From positions 63,550,001 through 63,614,000 of the forward strand of contig NC_043005.1 in the NCBI RefSeq assembly GCF_006345805.1: a DNA stretch of 64,000 bases. Reading direction: 5' to 3'. The notes beneath the pieces are model-generated. The model ran no database searches, was not told the DNA's origin, and saw only the letters and a program-made list of their open reading frames with translations. Source of the stretch: Octopus sinensis (taxonomy: Eukaryota). Positions 27,186 through 40,510 of the stretch are shown here, one piece after another (position 1 is the stretch's first letter; each line of letters starts with the position of its first letter). The position numbers were made by a program, and so were the translations under genes.

Positions 27186-27600
27186 TAATCGACCAGACCA
27201 TCAAATGTTATGCATCGCTGGTCACAAATGTGCTTCCAATTCTTTCTTGATTTGTGTCATTCTTTTCCATATTTTCCCAATTCGTTTAACTAAATATTCT
27301 TCTCATCGACATGAAAGCCTTCCGAGGGGCATTATCCGATCTCTTGCATACCATTTGGAAACTGCACGAGTCTAGCTTCTATCTGTGAACCTTGCAACAC
27401 GTGAGGCCCGAATTATCTCATTTCAGATATGCTTTCGTAATGATTTTCCTATCATAGATCCTACCATAGTCCATCCTAATTTGCTTGATAACCAATCTAC
27501 GTTCTTCGCTCTTCGTTATAGCCCAAGTTTCACTTGCTAAAGAATGCTGGTAGGACAGTACTATTGAAGTATTTGGAATGTATGGTCTTGTCTTGTTTTG
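27186..27600 (-). mobile_element. RTE-clade LINE 3' end (second family)
   Basis: LASETWAITKSEERRL...HVARFTDRS*TRAVSKWYARDRIMPLGRLSCR* fits WAGHVAR...RWT...W-x-PR...GRP-x-x-RW; terminal sequence TGTGACCAGCGATGC...GTCTGGTCGAT. Confidence 0.75.
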
Positions 27601-27754
27601 ATTTGAGTACCCCATTTATTAAGGAAAAATGTCTTTAATTCAGCTCTCCGAGGTCATAGCATGCATGACTCTGCATATATTCACTGCGAGTCTGAATAGA
27701 TATACTCTTTTATCTCATTGATTTCGTCAATTATCCCCACTTCCATTCGGTCTT

Positions 27755-29575
27755 ATGGAGATACTATATAAACCGAAAGGTGGAAAGGATGTGTGTTATA
27801 CTTATTGCAGCATCTGTCTGTTAGCTGTTGCTGGAAAGGTCTTTTGTCGGGTAGTACTGGACAGATTGCTTCTGCACATTGCTGATGGGGGTCTACCAGA
27901 ATCACAATGTGGGTTTAGGGATAGTAAGAATACGATAGATATATTTTTTAGCTAGACAGTTACAAGAGTAGTGCATCGAACAGGATATTGATTTATATCA
28001 GGTTTCATTGATCTAACGAAAGCGTTTGATTCTGTCAATAGACTTGCACTTTGAGAGATCCTGAAAAAGCTAGGATGCCCTGAAAATTTGCAAGAATGCT
28101 TAGACAGTTTTATGGCAAGATGGATATGAGAGTTAATGTTGGAGGTACTTTATCAGATCCAACTTCTGTAGTGTAGAAAATGGTGTAAATCAAGGTGATA
28201 TTCCTGCTCCTACATTGTTTGCTATGTATTTTGCAATAGTCTTTCAAATAGCTTTTGAAGATTACACTGAAGAGGTCTATATCAGATAAAGGACAACGGG
28301 GAAACTGTTTAATCTCAAAAGACTCTGTGCTAAAAGGAAAGTTCTGCATTTTCACCTCATTGAGTTCCTGTATGCAGATGATTGTGACCTGTTGGCACAT
28401 TCCCAGAAAGATATGCAGTGCATGCTGAATGCAATTTCTGCAGCATGTGTAGCATTGGGTCTAACGTACAATCTGAAAAACAAGCTGTTATAAAGTACCA
28501 GCCTGCTCCCTCCAATATGTATGTGGAAACTTTTATAACTGTTAATGGTCGAAGGCTGGAGACTGTGTCTAGATTTATGTATTTAGGAAGTACATATAGA
28601 ATCAGCAAGGCTAGTAGTGCTTTTTGTAGGTCTGTGGACACGATATATCTTCATAGATTAAAATTAAGGTATATAACAAGTGCATCCAGCTATCTTTGCT
28701 ATATAGGAGTGAGGCATCGGTTATTTACCGTAGGCATGTAAGGCAACTGAAACGATACGATCAATACGGTCTGAGAAAAATTTGTGCAATAAAGTTTTGG
28801 GGAAAAATTTGGAAAATGGCCATTAGTAATGTGGAGGTGCTTGAGAGGAGTGGTAGTAGAAGTATAGAGTCAATGATTCTGCAAAGACTTTGAGGTGGGA
28901 TGGCTGACATCTGGTAGGATGAGTGATGAGCGCAGCTATTGTATGGTGAGCTGGAAGACAGCTGGAGACTAGCACTTAAGCTTAAACAAAGGTTTAAGGA
29001 ATACCTTTAAAATGCTGTAACACAGACAGGAATTGCAGTTGGTAATTGGGAGAGGGAGGCACAAGACCGGCACGAAGAGAGAAAAACAGCATATAGTGGT
29101 TGCTTGGGGTTTGAGAGAGTGAGGGTGAAGTATGAGTGAATTAAGAGGGGAATTAGAAGGAGGGAACCTGTGGAGAGTGAGTGGGTGTTGCTTTTTTGTG
29201 TGTGTGGTTTGTGGGAGGAAGTGTTTGAGTCGTGCAGTCCTGGTCAGTCATAAAAAATCTCACAGGAATCGACCCATGATAAACAGTGATGTGGTTATTA
29301 CAATTCACAACAGGACGGGTATAAAACGTGGAAGGATGTGCCTCTCAGTTGGAGGTCTGAAAAGACATGTTAAGAGAGTGCATACGGTGGCACCTGCTAC
29401 TCCTGCCAGCCAGCACAGCTATGGAGTATGTAATAAAATGTGTAAAACTTTGGCTGGGCTTAAAAGTCATATAAGAGCATCGCATAGCATCAATAAGGAA
29501 TCATTTCAATAAAGCTTTTTGGTAATGACTTTTCTCGTGTAATGGGGTGCAGCTATGATGTATGTATGTATATTT
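27755..29575 (+). mobile_element. 5'-truncated RTE-clade LINE: RT domain, C-terminal triple C2H2 zinc-finger array, (TATG)n tail; pseudogenised
   Basis: LPESQCGFR; VFIDLTKAFDSVNR; GVNQGDIPAPTLF; FLYADD (YADD at 28371-28382); LYGELE; CVVCGRKCLSRAVLVSHKKSH plus two degenerate fingers (29132-29512); tail atgtatgtatgta at about 29558-29570. Confidence 0.95.
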
Positions 29576-30084
29576 GTGGTAAGTAAAAACGTTCGAGTGA
29601 AGAAGTATTAACTTGCCTTCTTGCTATCTGAAGAGCCAACATTCATTATAACTTTGTTACTTCACTGTTAATCGCGCGAGAAATGCTAATACTTCGTCGC
29701 TAGCTCACTCCAACTAAATTAAATAGATAAATATATATACAATGGCCATTGAGTATTGTATAGAAACAGCCGAAGCAATGATTTGAAAAAGATTTTACGA
29801 CTCTGCAATGGTGAACTCAGCTACTCTTAAAATCAATTTTGTAATTTTATTGTAGATAATTTGATCATGCATAGAGGCTTGTGATTGCCATTTTCATGGA
29901 CTGTATTCAGTTGAGATATATGATACTGCTGGAATGATAGCCATTGATGATCAAATTCATACACAGCAGAAAGTTTGGTCGTTTTTATCACGAAACTACC
30001 TGGTTCGTATGAAACAACATGATACTATAATTACCACTAATATATTATACTGTACAATATAACTACAATTGCAGGGGCATGTAA

Positions 30085-30450
30085 ACAAGGGCGATTTGAC
30101 GTGGCCACTCAATCTACTAGATATTACATTCAAATTTGTTTCAAACTTCATCATGATACAGGCGAGGACATATTAGATAATGTAGTCCTAGACATTCATG
30201 TTTAAGGGTTATCTAGGAGTGCATTAGGGCGCTAAAAAATGATAACCATCTGCTGAAAGCCTTTGCGTGTATGATCGATATTCTACAAGTAGTAACTAAA
30301 TCTCTTTCCATTTTAGAAATGAAATGTATGTTGGTTAATGTGATATTCTGCATTCACTGTTGATAGAAAAATAGGAGATTGCCACGGTTGGAAAGTTTTT
30401 GAATTCAGGTCTGTTCAGTAAGGGTATACCTGAAGCTAAATATGAACTAC
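30085..30450 (+). repeat. Old dispersed repeat of unknown class (CTAGAAATAGCAGCC-AAATCT-like motif), tandem partial units
   Basis: Related degraded segments at about 8760-8870 (-), 37850-37950, 38560-38715 and 43390-43590. Confidence 0.4.
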
Positions 30451-30789
30451 GACAAATATCCATACAGGAAATTTGTTTCTCTTCCCACTTTAAGCTTCAG
30501 AAGCTGAAGAGAATGCTGTGGAATTTCGTGATATAAAATGGAGCAATGCTACAATGTTAAGATGTTTAGATTCTGAACTAGTGATCTACTTGAACACTTG
30601 AACGAGGTTGTTCGAGCTGCCAGAAATAGCAGTCAAATCTCCTTTAAATTAAATCGTCTATCATTCACCAGGACACACATCTCCACTGGAGAAGTTCTTC
30701 TCTCAACTCCGCTTAGCAGTATTAGTTGAGTGCTGACCTTTACTTCGAAGTTAACGAGATTGTTGTTTAGATAACTAAGTGGAATATAA

Positions 30790-30975
30790 CTCAGAATACA
30801 GACAGCCGGTAGAAATACCGCCAGACATCCGGTCCAGCATTTTACAGATCCACCAGTCCACCCCGGAAAGGATAAAATGCAAAGCTGGCAATGACGGCAT
30901 TTTATCTCAGAGCACAAGGAGTCAGAACAAATATCACGAAGCATGTAATTCGATGCTTTCACGACTGTCATTTTG
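30790..30975 (+). mobile_element. Gypsy-type LTR retrotransposon integrase zinc-binding (HHCC) fragment
   Basis: VEIPPDIRSSILQIHQS/HPGKDKMQS...VRTNITKHVIRCFHDC fits IP-x-x-LR-x-x-IL-x-x-LH-x-x-HPG-x-x-KM...DI-x-x-x-V-x-x-C-x-x-C. Confidence 0.55.
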
Positions 30976-31228
30976 CAGCCTTCATCATATCCCACCGTCT
31001 GAGAATAGGAGACTAGGAAAATGTAACCACAGTTACACAACTCCTGACAAAAAGAAAAAGGAGGGTTGACAGCTACTGTAAAGTCTTTTGTCATATCTAT
31101 GTTCAGTTAAATTTGTGCCTAAATGATGACTGGTACTATTTATATTTCACAGTTCATATAATGGTATAACCTACAATAAAAATTGTACGAGCAGGTGCTT
31201 TCACTTGGTTGCTTGATGTTTGAAATAG

Positions 31229-32815
31229 ATTTACTTATTAAGTCACGCAGGGCCGAACACAGAGGGGACAATATAATATAGAATTTTTCTTCTCAAAACC
31301 GATCAATAGGTATCGAAAACGTTTTGGGACGTGTACACAAAGGACAACAAAGTATCGTATTAACAAATGAAATTCCCAAAAGGCAGAGAAAATAAAACAC
31401 TGACTATGGCTATCTGTGGAAAGAAAATCCTACGAAAAAGAACCACGATAACAAAACTTCCCTCTCTACTCTCACCTTTCTTTGCAAGTAATACTTGGAA
31501 AGGTTGATGAGAGGTTGGCCAGAGGGGAAAGTATTTGTCTCTAAGCCTTTCAGGCGAGTCCACCATATACATTCTTTCGCCATAGCCACGATGAAAACTG
31601 CGTTGCCTTCTCGGTTAAAGGAAGGTGGCGGGGCAATATTTAAAATAGACTCGGCTGACAACCGGTCTCGACCCACACGTGACAGCAGCCGTTCAATATA
31701 GACCAACAGGTCTGAAATATTTGGACACTGCACAAGTGCGAGAAGAACGGTTTCGTCGTTTTCGGGTAAGTCGGTTCGGTGTTTCTTGATCTGTGTCTGT
31801 AGAACTTATCTCGATCGGGCAATGCTCCCCGATAGTACTGCCAAGCCAGGGATTTCTAGAAATTGTCCATAGGTCCTGGCCTGAAAGTGGTCCTGGAGAG
31901 GCGAGTTAGGTATTCCCTGTCGACGCCCAGAGTCTCCCCATGAACGTCGTCGCACCTCCCTTCCACTAATCTTCTATAGAACGCCTTGGTGGAATTGAAA
32001 TCACACAAGTTTGAACCCGGATGGCAGAGCTGCTCGAGAGCATGGCGACATTCGCGGTGCTATTCGCCTAGCCTCGACCTCTGCTTGATTCATGATAGCA
32101 GTTCAAGGAAAAGCGCGTCTCACAAACGGTGACCACACCTGTACACCATCGTCTATGAAATGCTGGAGATGTCGCAGTCTCAGTGCATGTCTGCGCATCA
32201 TCAACCACGGCATATCCAGCCCTCCATTTAGCGGTCGTTGACAGCAAATTGATTATCTAACCATCGGAACGCTGCCCTTCCATAAAAAGCGGAAGAGTAT
32301 GCGTTCCAGTTTTGTGATAGTAGGGTCGGGACAAGGCACGACGGTCAGACGGTAGTAGATGACGGATGCGATGTATGCATTCGCCACCTCAGCCCGACCT
32401 TTTAGAGATAACTTCCTCTCGGCCCATGGCTGAGTGAGAGTGACCATCCTGCTCGTTATCTCATCCCAGTTCTCCATTTGGAGGTCTGGACTGAACCAGA
32501 TCCCGAGCAATTTAACCGGTCCATCGGTTCCAGTGTCTCACGATCGAGACGCTGTTGGACGGCATGGGCTTGCTTCCCCAGGTGCCGAACCGCTAGCCCA
32601 CTGACTTTTTCGGGTTAATTTTTCCTTCCGTTACCGATTCGAATTCTTTTAAGGTCTCGCCGACCTGGTCAATATGCTTGACGCTATGACGATGATATTG
32701 TCCACGTATGCAGACGCTCCTCTCACATCCCAGTTCTCGCGGGATGCCCCTCAGCGTCGCCAGCTTCCGCAGTAGTGACTGTAGAGTTGATACGTACAGA
32801 AGAGAAGAAAGAGGC
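31229..32815 (-). mobile_element. 5'-truncated L1/Tx1-clade LINE (RT C-terminal half, zf-RVT-like region, 3' UTR), pseudogenised
   Basis: PLSSLLYV...LRGIP; GKINPKKSVG; LGIWF...W-x-ERKLSLKGRAEVANAYIASVIYYRLTVVPCP...LFRFLWKG; VAMAKECIWWTRLKG; locally GC-rich; ends ...CCCCTCTGTGTTCGGCCCTGCGTGACTTAATAAGTAAAT. Confidence 0.88.
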
Positions 32816-34688
32816 AGCAATGAAACCGAAGACGTCGTTTTAACAAAAATTCTGAAGATCTCAATTGAGACAGCAGAAGACTAATAATTTTATCCTTATT
32901 CCTGATAGGCCAACATACCTAACAACGAATGAGATAAACGAGGCGAGAATTTTTCTATAAGTAGTGTGCTGAATGATGTGTATTGGTATTGTCAACTGAG
33001 TTCGTATCGATCCACTGTGTAGAAGCTCCAGGTTTCTGAAGATACTCCTGCGAAAATTTGACTCACAGTTTTCTTATTTAAGTGTTTAGCAGAGCAAACG
33101 AAAGAATGATATATCTACAAACTATTTAACTAGAAATATGTATTAAGACTGAAGCAAGGAAAGACGTAGGTTAACAAGTTTTAAAAAAATAATTCTAAAC
33201 ATATTTTAAGCAAATTTTCACAAGGGAATGTTCTCTCCAAGACAAATTGTGGCTTCAATTACGCAAAATTGATTAGAGATAAAATTCAAGTCTATAGAGG
33301 AAAACAAAATCGAAAATAAAAGACAACTTTCACAAAATGACAAATTAACAGTCCACCATTCAAGAATTAATGTTCAGTTATTTCTTCTGCTAATAACATT
33401 ATGCGTCACCAAAATAAATATATTAATAAACAAACTTATAGATAAATAACTGAATAATAATTGAACACTATAGTATTACTGTAAATGGATGATAAAATCC
33501 TCATACAATTCAAATATTTAAGTACATTTTTTCCTTTTCTTTGCCTTCTATTTGGTGATTTATTGTCGCTTTGTTGAACTACAAAAGAAATTATATGTTA
33601 TAGACGTTTCACCGTTAATGGAAAGCAACTTTTAATCAGCATAGTAATGCTGGAAAAGAAAAAAGAGCAACAATAGAAGCCGCAAAATTCATTATTTATT
33701 CATTATTCTTTTATTCAATAATATACACGTATACAGAAAGTATGAAACACGTTTTTAATACACACTATATCTCAAGCTATATACTGCAAGTGGTAATTTT
33801 AATTAATTTTTCCAAATTCTGGAACAATGCTGTTTCGCAGAACCTAACCTAAGTCACCATATAAAAATACAATGGATTTAGAACTGATGCTGATTGGAAC
33901 AATGGCTTCTATAATTTTGATGTCTTCCTTTGTTTTTCTATTTATATATTTTCCACTGTGGCATGGTTTTTATTCATTAACAAATTTCAATAATAGCCCA
34001 AAGTGAAATCGATATCCCATAACTGTATGATGATTCACATTCTACAAACCAACTTTTATATGAGAACGATTTATTTTAATACTATTTGAAAGCAAAGCAA
34101 TTGATGGTATCTTCTCACAATCTTTGCACATATTTGTCTCAGGTACTAAACACGCAGTGATGGAAGTCACTAAGCTAGGCGTAGATATATTAATAATTCG
34201 TTAAAGCATTGTACGATTGAAAACTATCTTTCTTGATTTCGGTGTTTTCCAGTTCTCTTATCAATCAATGAGCAATAACTTCTGAATCTTTACATGAAGA
34301 GCGAATCTTTACTATTGCGGTTCCAGCTATACATCCCACATATTTTCTAGATAAAAAAAATCTGAATTATGCAAGATCAGATGAATTATAGAAATAGCAG
34401 AGAAAACCTATAGAGCACACACGCACACAAATAATGACAACCAATACAACATAAATAACAAAAGAAATTACCATAAAAACAAAAAAAGACAAAAAAAAGC
34501 AATAGCAATAGAAATAACAAGATCTGAACTTATAGTAGCTAACTCCTTTCCAACTTGCTTATTGTAGAAAAAAAAAGAAAAACATGAAAAAGAGAGTTGA
34601 TGACGTATATAAAGTAACACAGCGACAAAAAACAAACGCGTTTTGGCTTAAATTTTACGTGGCCTGATGTTAGTCTGGGATTAATCCT

Positions 34689-34720
<32 letters not shown>

Positions 34721-34734
34721 ATGAAACATTTTAT

Positions 34735-34914
34735 CTTATTTTTACTTGTTTAAATTATTTGACTGCGACCCGTGCACCACCTTGAATGTTTTCAATCGGA
34801 TGAATCTACTTATTCTATCGGTTTCGTTGTCAAATCGCTACTTCACGGGGCTGTACATAAACTGATACTGGATGTCAAGTGGTGATGGAAGACACACACG
34901 CACACACACACACA

Positions 34915-34991
<77 letters not shown>

Positions 34992-35135
34992 CACATATAC
35001 AACAAATTTCTTTCAGTTTCCATCGACCAAATCCATTCAGAAGAATTTGGTCGGCCTGGGGCTATGATGGAAGACACTTGCCCAGGGTGCCATACAGTGG
35101 AACTGAATGTGATTGCGAAGCGAACTTCTTAACGT
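34735..35135 (-). mobile_element. SINE group B copy with internal (CA)n(TA)n
   Basis: Colinear with 40071-40461 (tttacttgttt..gactgcg; tacttattctatcgg; ttctttcagtttcc; gaagacacttgccca). Confidence 0.85.
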
Positions 35136-35144
35136 ACAGATATC

Positions 35145-35495
35145 CTCTATGCCACGGGATGCGTGACTACAAGGTCACTAAAACAACTTTGTACGCTGAA
35201 TTGCATCTGGGCAGGTGAAGCCGTGGTGACAAGAGATTGCAATACAGGGGGGGGGGGCGAAGAAAAGTATGAAGAACTCCAGCAAATCCCCCAGACACCT
35301 AGTAGGAAAAGCCCTTACCACGCGATGAATGGTACTAATCAATGAAGCTCGTAATTCCAGGCGAAACAACAGAGGGAATACGAAATACCACACGAGAGGC
35401 GTCACTGCTCCATTGTGTTATGTACCTTCACCTGCAGCATGTGTCATCGTTGCTGCAAGAGCAGGCCCTGAAGCCCACATGGGAGCCTGCTAGAG
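35145..35495 (+). mobile_element. RTE-clade LINE 3' fragment with a single C2HC finger
   Basis: MRDYKVTKTTLYAELHLGR*SRGDKRLQYR...FTCSMCHRCCKSR/AHMGAC*. Confidence 0.75.
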
Positions 35496-35999
35496 ATGAT
35501 TACTGAACAAAGACAGTCAACGTCAACCTACGACGGACAGTTGACAACAAATATGAAGGTACTGTCTTTGCTGCTATATATCTCCAGGAATAATAATTCT
35601 TGGCGTTATATAGCAGCAAATTATTATTATATAATTATCAACTGGTTATTCTAATACCTTACTATCTGAGTTCTTGGCCAGTATTTATACCGCCACCAGC
35701 TTAGTCTTCGGATGCCTGTTCCAGAGTTGACTCGGTTGCAAGTATTCAGGCCAGGCCTCTAATTCGAGAATAAATTCTTCCTTTCTGCCAAACGGTCTTA
35801 GAGACCCTCAAAGTCTCATAGTGGTCACTTCACTTCTCCGATTGAGCGGTAAGCATTTTAAAATATCAGGGGAATGTGATTTAGGAGAATTTTTGCTGTT
35901 GATTCTAGTAAGTCCAGCAGAGATGTTGAATGAAGTCAAGAATATGTATGCTTACTTATCTATCTACCTAAGGCTACGACCTGGAAGGATAAAGAAACC

Positions 36000-36190
36000 G
36001 TTGGCCAAAATGCTTAGTGACATTTCGTCTGGCTCTTTACGTTCTGAGTCTAACTCTAGCTAAGGTCAAGTTTGCTTTTCCTACTTTGAGTTTCGGTGAA
36101 ATAAAGCACCATTTAAGTATTGTAGTTGATGCAATCGATTTCTCATCCCTACACAAAACTGCTGACCTTGGGCCAAAATTTGAAAGAATT
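36000..36190 (+). mobile_element. Degraded SINE group A (tail type 1)
   Basis: aaatgcttagtgacatttcgtct..gttctgagtc..aggtcaagtttgc..ctgctgaccttgggccaaaatttgaaa. Confidence 0.7.
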
Positions 36191-39100
36191 ATCATTCTAT
36201 CTTACATGTTATTCAGTTTTTCTTTTCTCTCAGCGCTGCCTTGAGACACATCGTAAGCTCAACCACCTAACGGATTAGTATTATATAAAAACTAGTAGGA
36301 TCTACATCCTAAGATCTGAATATATTTTAATCTTTTCTTCATTTTCTTCAATATCTTAATTACTCTAATGATTACATTAATTCCTGACTATTTCCTCCTC
36401 AGGCGTGTAACTTTTCGATTAAAAGAACAGAGAATTCATAGATCTATATGCATGTACATTTTTTAATACAAATATTAAAAGAAAAAGCGTATAGTATAGC
36501 AAAAAGAAAAAAGAAAAAATGAAATGTAATTTCAAGTCAGGAATAGCTACTAAAAGAATTATTCACGTAGAATCACCTGACATTGGTATTGTACATCCTT
36601 TGTCTGGTTTTTGAAATAATTCCTTTTCTGTTTTTGTCTTGAAAAGATTGCCATTCATGGGAGTAACTGCTGGCTTAAATGAAAGAGTTAGAAAGCAGTA
36701 TCATGTCTACTGCAGCTATTCTGTCTGTTTCAGCCAACAAATAATGCAGAGATCGATATCATGTAACTAACTAAAAGGTTGATGAAATAGCTGACTTTTA
36801 AGTGAATTCACACAATGAACGAAAACTACTCAAAGAATCCTATTTTCAGTACATGTCATTAGTAGAAACAAATTTGGACGAAAATGATAATTGCTTCTGT
36901 TTCACCTTATCAAAGACAACACCGAAAACTCCCTCCTTCCCCCTCTCCTCCCTCTCTCTCTCATGCACGCATACATACACGCATTCACAAACACTCAGTT
37001 ATGCATATGTATGAATATATATATGTATATATATGCATGTATGCGTGTGTATACACACACACATATATATATATATATATACGCACATATATATATATGG
37101 CACATATGTACATTTTTACATTATATATAGATATTTACACACACAGGCACGCACGCACGCGCGCGCGCATATTCTATTGTTTATCATGTAAGACGATGAT
37201 CATAGCTTGAACGTTCTAATCACGGCATCATAGTATAAAGTTCCAAATTGTAATGAGAGAAAAAAAAATAGCCGAAGCAAACAACAAAAGCTAAAATAAG
37301 CAAACGAAAAAAGAATAAGAAAACGGAATCGTTGTCTGTGGAAGTGTTTTAAAGAGAGATAATCTGGAAATATTCGTAGATGAAAGAAAATTAAAATGTA
37401 TACAAGAAAGAAATGCATCACTCAGTAAATATTACACAGAAGCTTTCAGACGTTGAATCTAAATTTGTATTCACTCTCCTAATATCATTTCTATCCTTGC
37501 TCATCTTTGATGATTTCTATACTCTTCTTCCTCCTCCTCCTCCTCATCCTCCTCCCTGGTTTCTCCTTCCTTCTTTCCTTTCTTTCTTCTCCGCTTCCTA
37601 CATCTACTCTCCACCACACTCTTATAAATTAGTTGATGGATGAATAAGTCGATGTCGTAAAAAAAGCAAAAAACAAAAAAAAAAAAACGTTATTTCATCT
37701 TCACCAACGTCCAAAGTAGCAGCCGAGTTTTGTAAATTAATTAAAAGTTAGTTTTTCTGAAACTGAGTTCATGTAATTCAAAACCTAAATATTAATTAGC
37801 AGTTCAATTCCAAGCGCTTCAAATGAAGTTATCACAATTACAAGCAGTCATAGGACGAGCTAATGTGAGAAAACTCTTTGTTAGAAATGGCTGCCAAATT
37901 TCCCTAAAATCTCATCCAAACTCGCTCATAAACACAATCCGGCCTGTACTTTCTGTTTGCTAATGTACTTTCTGTTTGCTTCTCCCCCTCTCTTCATTTC
38001 TCTCTCTTTCTTTCTCTTCTCTGTATCTGTGTGGAGAGAGAAAAAAGAACAATACAAAAGGACGAAGATACAGAAAGTTTTAATTGGTGTTTATAATGGC
38101 CTCTTCTCTTCGGAAATGGCTGATCTCGAGCTACCTTTAAATACTCCCACCTCACTTGTCTATCCTCCACACACAATTCATATTGTCTTCGCCAGCAAAT
38201 CTTTGTAGCTGTAAAATTGCAATGTTCACTACTCCATTCCTTCCTTTCTTGCCTCTTTGCTTCTTTCCTTCCTTTCTTTCTTCCCTTCCTTCCTTCTTTC
38301 TTTCCTTCTTTCATAGAGCGCCAATTTCTTTTCTCTTGCAACCGGCCACTTGCGACGGTTTAATGAGGACCTTGCAAGCACCACTCTTACAGGTTTCCGA
38401 AGACTCACAAAAGCCAGTGGACAGCTTATTCAGTACAATCAATACAATCACTGTATTGTATTAAAAACAAATAGCAGTTAGCTCCATCCATGATGTAGAT
38501 TGGTTCTTTCAGCAACGACAGCAAGAGTAAAAGCATCTACCAATGAAACTTCAACGTGGTCGAACGATATACTAGAAACATCAGCCACACCTCCCCCAAA
38601 TCAACATCGTATCGTGAAAAATGTAAGAGAAAATCTCGGACAGTGTACTTCTGGATATAGAAGAAAATATTCGATCTGTATTGATCTAGGGCTAAACAAC
38701 AAGAACAAACAAAACTAAATGCCTCATCAAACGCAATATTTCAGGACTATTACACGTTCATATTTCACGTTCTGCAAAAACCGTGACAACAACAATACCA
38801 ACTATAGCAATAACAATAGCAGAAAAGTAAGTAATATCAAAGTCTGTGTATTTGCAATGTAAACGTTGTTTCAACAACCGATGCAAAACATCAAATGCTT
38901 CTTAGTCGACTAAGAGCATAAATGCTTAACTTACATATTCATGAAGTCTTACAGCAAAAACAAAGTTGTTTGGCTTATTTTTACTGCCGGAATTGTTTGG
39001 GATTACCTAACATGTTTGTGAAAATTATATAAAAGGAAATCATAAGAATGACATGAATTTTCGTTCTTGATTCAAGCGTTTTCAAGATATCCAGAATCTT

Positions 39101-39785
39101 AGTTCTTGTCGCTATATAATCCTTTTAATCCCTTAACGCTTTGAACGTTGCACATGTCAGATTTAGAAGGATAAAATCCTCCTATAAATGACTTGCTTTA
39201 TAAACGAAGCGATTGTACAAAATAATCCTTTGGCATCGGCATTTGTAAGAATACAAATGTATATTAATGTTTTCACAAAAGACGCATTTATTCTTATACA
39301 TGTATACCTTACAAATAAATATATCATTAAAAAGAAAAAGAAGAATATAAAGCCCTTTTTGTTTCTCTAGCTTGTGGATTTTAATATTTATTACACATCA
39401 GAAACTGAGTAAACATTGGTTTATTTTTATCTTAACAGAAAAGTACAGGATTTTAAGAGAACAGAATGCAGAGACGACATATGGAACTTATTGTTTTCCA
39501 GAAGACATTAGTGAGGTTGATAAAGTGAAATGACATAAACCCAGGAATTGAAATTTCCTTGTGGTTTGCATTCCACTTTGCCTTTCAGCAGTTTGGCCAT
39601 TATTGTTATTAAGTGAATGGACTCTTTCTGAGGCAGAAGCGTTAGCTTCATTACGCAATCATAAGATCTTGGCCTCGATTCCACTCACTGCATGTCATTT
39701 TAAGCAAGTGTGTTAATTCAACCTCGGTCGACTCAAACTTGGTGAATAAAATTAGGCGGACGGAAAATAGAAATCCACCAAAAGG

Positions 39786-39828
<43 letters not shown>

Positions 39829-39830
<2 letters not shown>

Positions 39831-39912
39831 CAGTGTACATTTAACACAAGAGGCATCCATCATTAGGAGTCCTAATGATGGATGCCTCTTATGTGTTTAA
39901 ATGTACACTGTA
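39829..39912. repeat. 84-bp fold-back palindrome between (TA)n tracts
   Basis: Perfect 21-bp inner arms 39848-39868 / 39870-39890 around one G; perfect 16-bp outer arms 39829-39844 / 39897-39912. Confidence 0.95.
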
Positions 39913-40006
39913 TTTATATGAATAATATATTGTCTATTGACTAAATTTTCTTACACGCTAGACCACTGGTAATGGAAATTTCTAATATTTCTGATTACCC
40001 TTTGAC

Positions 40007-40070
<64 letters not shown>

Positions 40071-40073
<3 letters not shown>

Positions 40074-40461
40074 TCTTACTCTTTACTCTTTTACTTGTTT
40101 CAGTTATTTGACTGCGGCCATGCTGGAGCACCACCTTTAGTCGAGCAAATCGACCCCGGGACTTATTCTTTGTAAGCCCAGTACTTATTCTATTGGTCTC
40201 TTTTGCCGAACCGCTAAGTGACGGGGACGTAAACACACCAGCATCGGTTGTCAAGCAATGCTAGGGGGACAAACACAGACACACAAACATATACACACAC
40301 ACTTATATATATATACATATATACGACAGGCTTCTTTCAGTGTCCGTCTACCAAATCCACTCACAAGGCATTGGTCGGCCCGGGGCTATAGCAGAAGACA
40401 CTTGCCCAAGATGCCACGCAGTGGGACTGAACCCGGAACCAAGTGGTTGGTTAGCAAGCTA
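40071..40461 (-). mobile_element. Well-preserved SINE group B (tRNA head, CORE-like segment, internal microsatellite, (AAGAGTA)-like tail)
   Basis: Minus strand GGTTCCGGGTTCAGTCCCACTGCGTGGCATCTTGGGCAAGTGTCTTCT...GGTGGTGCTCCAGCATGGCCGCAGTCAAATAACTGAAACAAGTAAAAGAGTAAAGAGTA; closely similar to the copies at 41313 and 49329. Confidence 0.93.
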
Positions 40462-40510
40462 TATATATATATATATTTGTAAAATGTGTGAGATCCTTGG
40501 TACATTTAAA

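Noticed and set aside
29132-29512. Stand-alone host C2H2 zinc-finger gene
   Set aside because: Directly continues a decayed RTE ORF, is followed by the LINE tail, lacks TGEKP linkers, and two fingers have lost cysteines
27186-29575. Single LINE with 5' inversion (twin priming)
   Set aside because: The minus-strand piece has its own C-terminus and 3' end and differs in sequence, so these are two independent elements
17250-29575. RTE pieces at 17250 and 27755 as two halves of one split element
   Set aside because: They overlap over the same RT region (LYK-x-KG to VFIDL) with clearly different sequences, so they are separate copies
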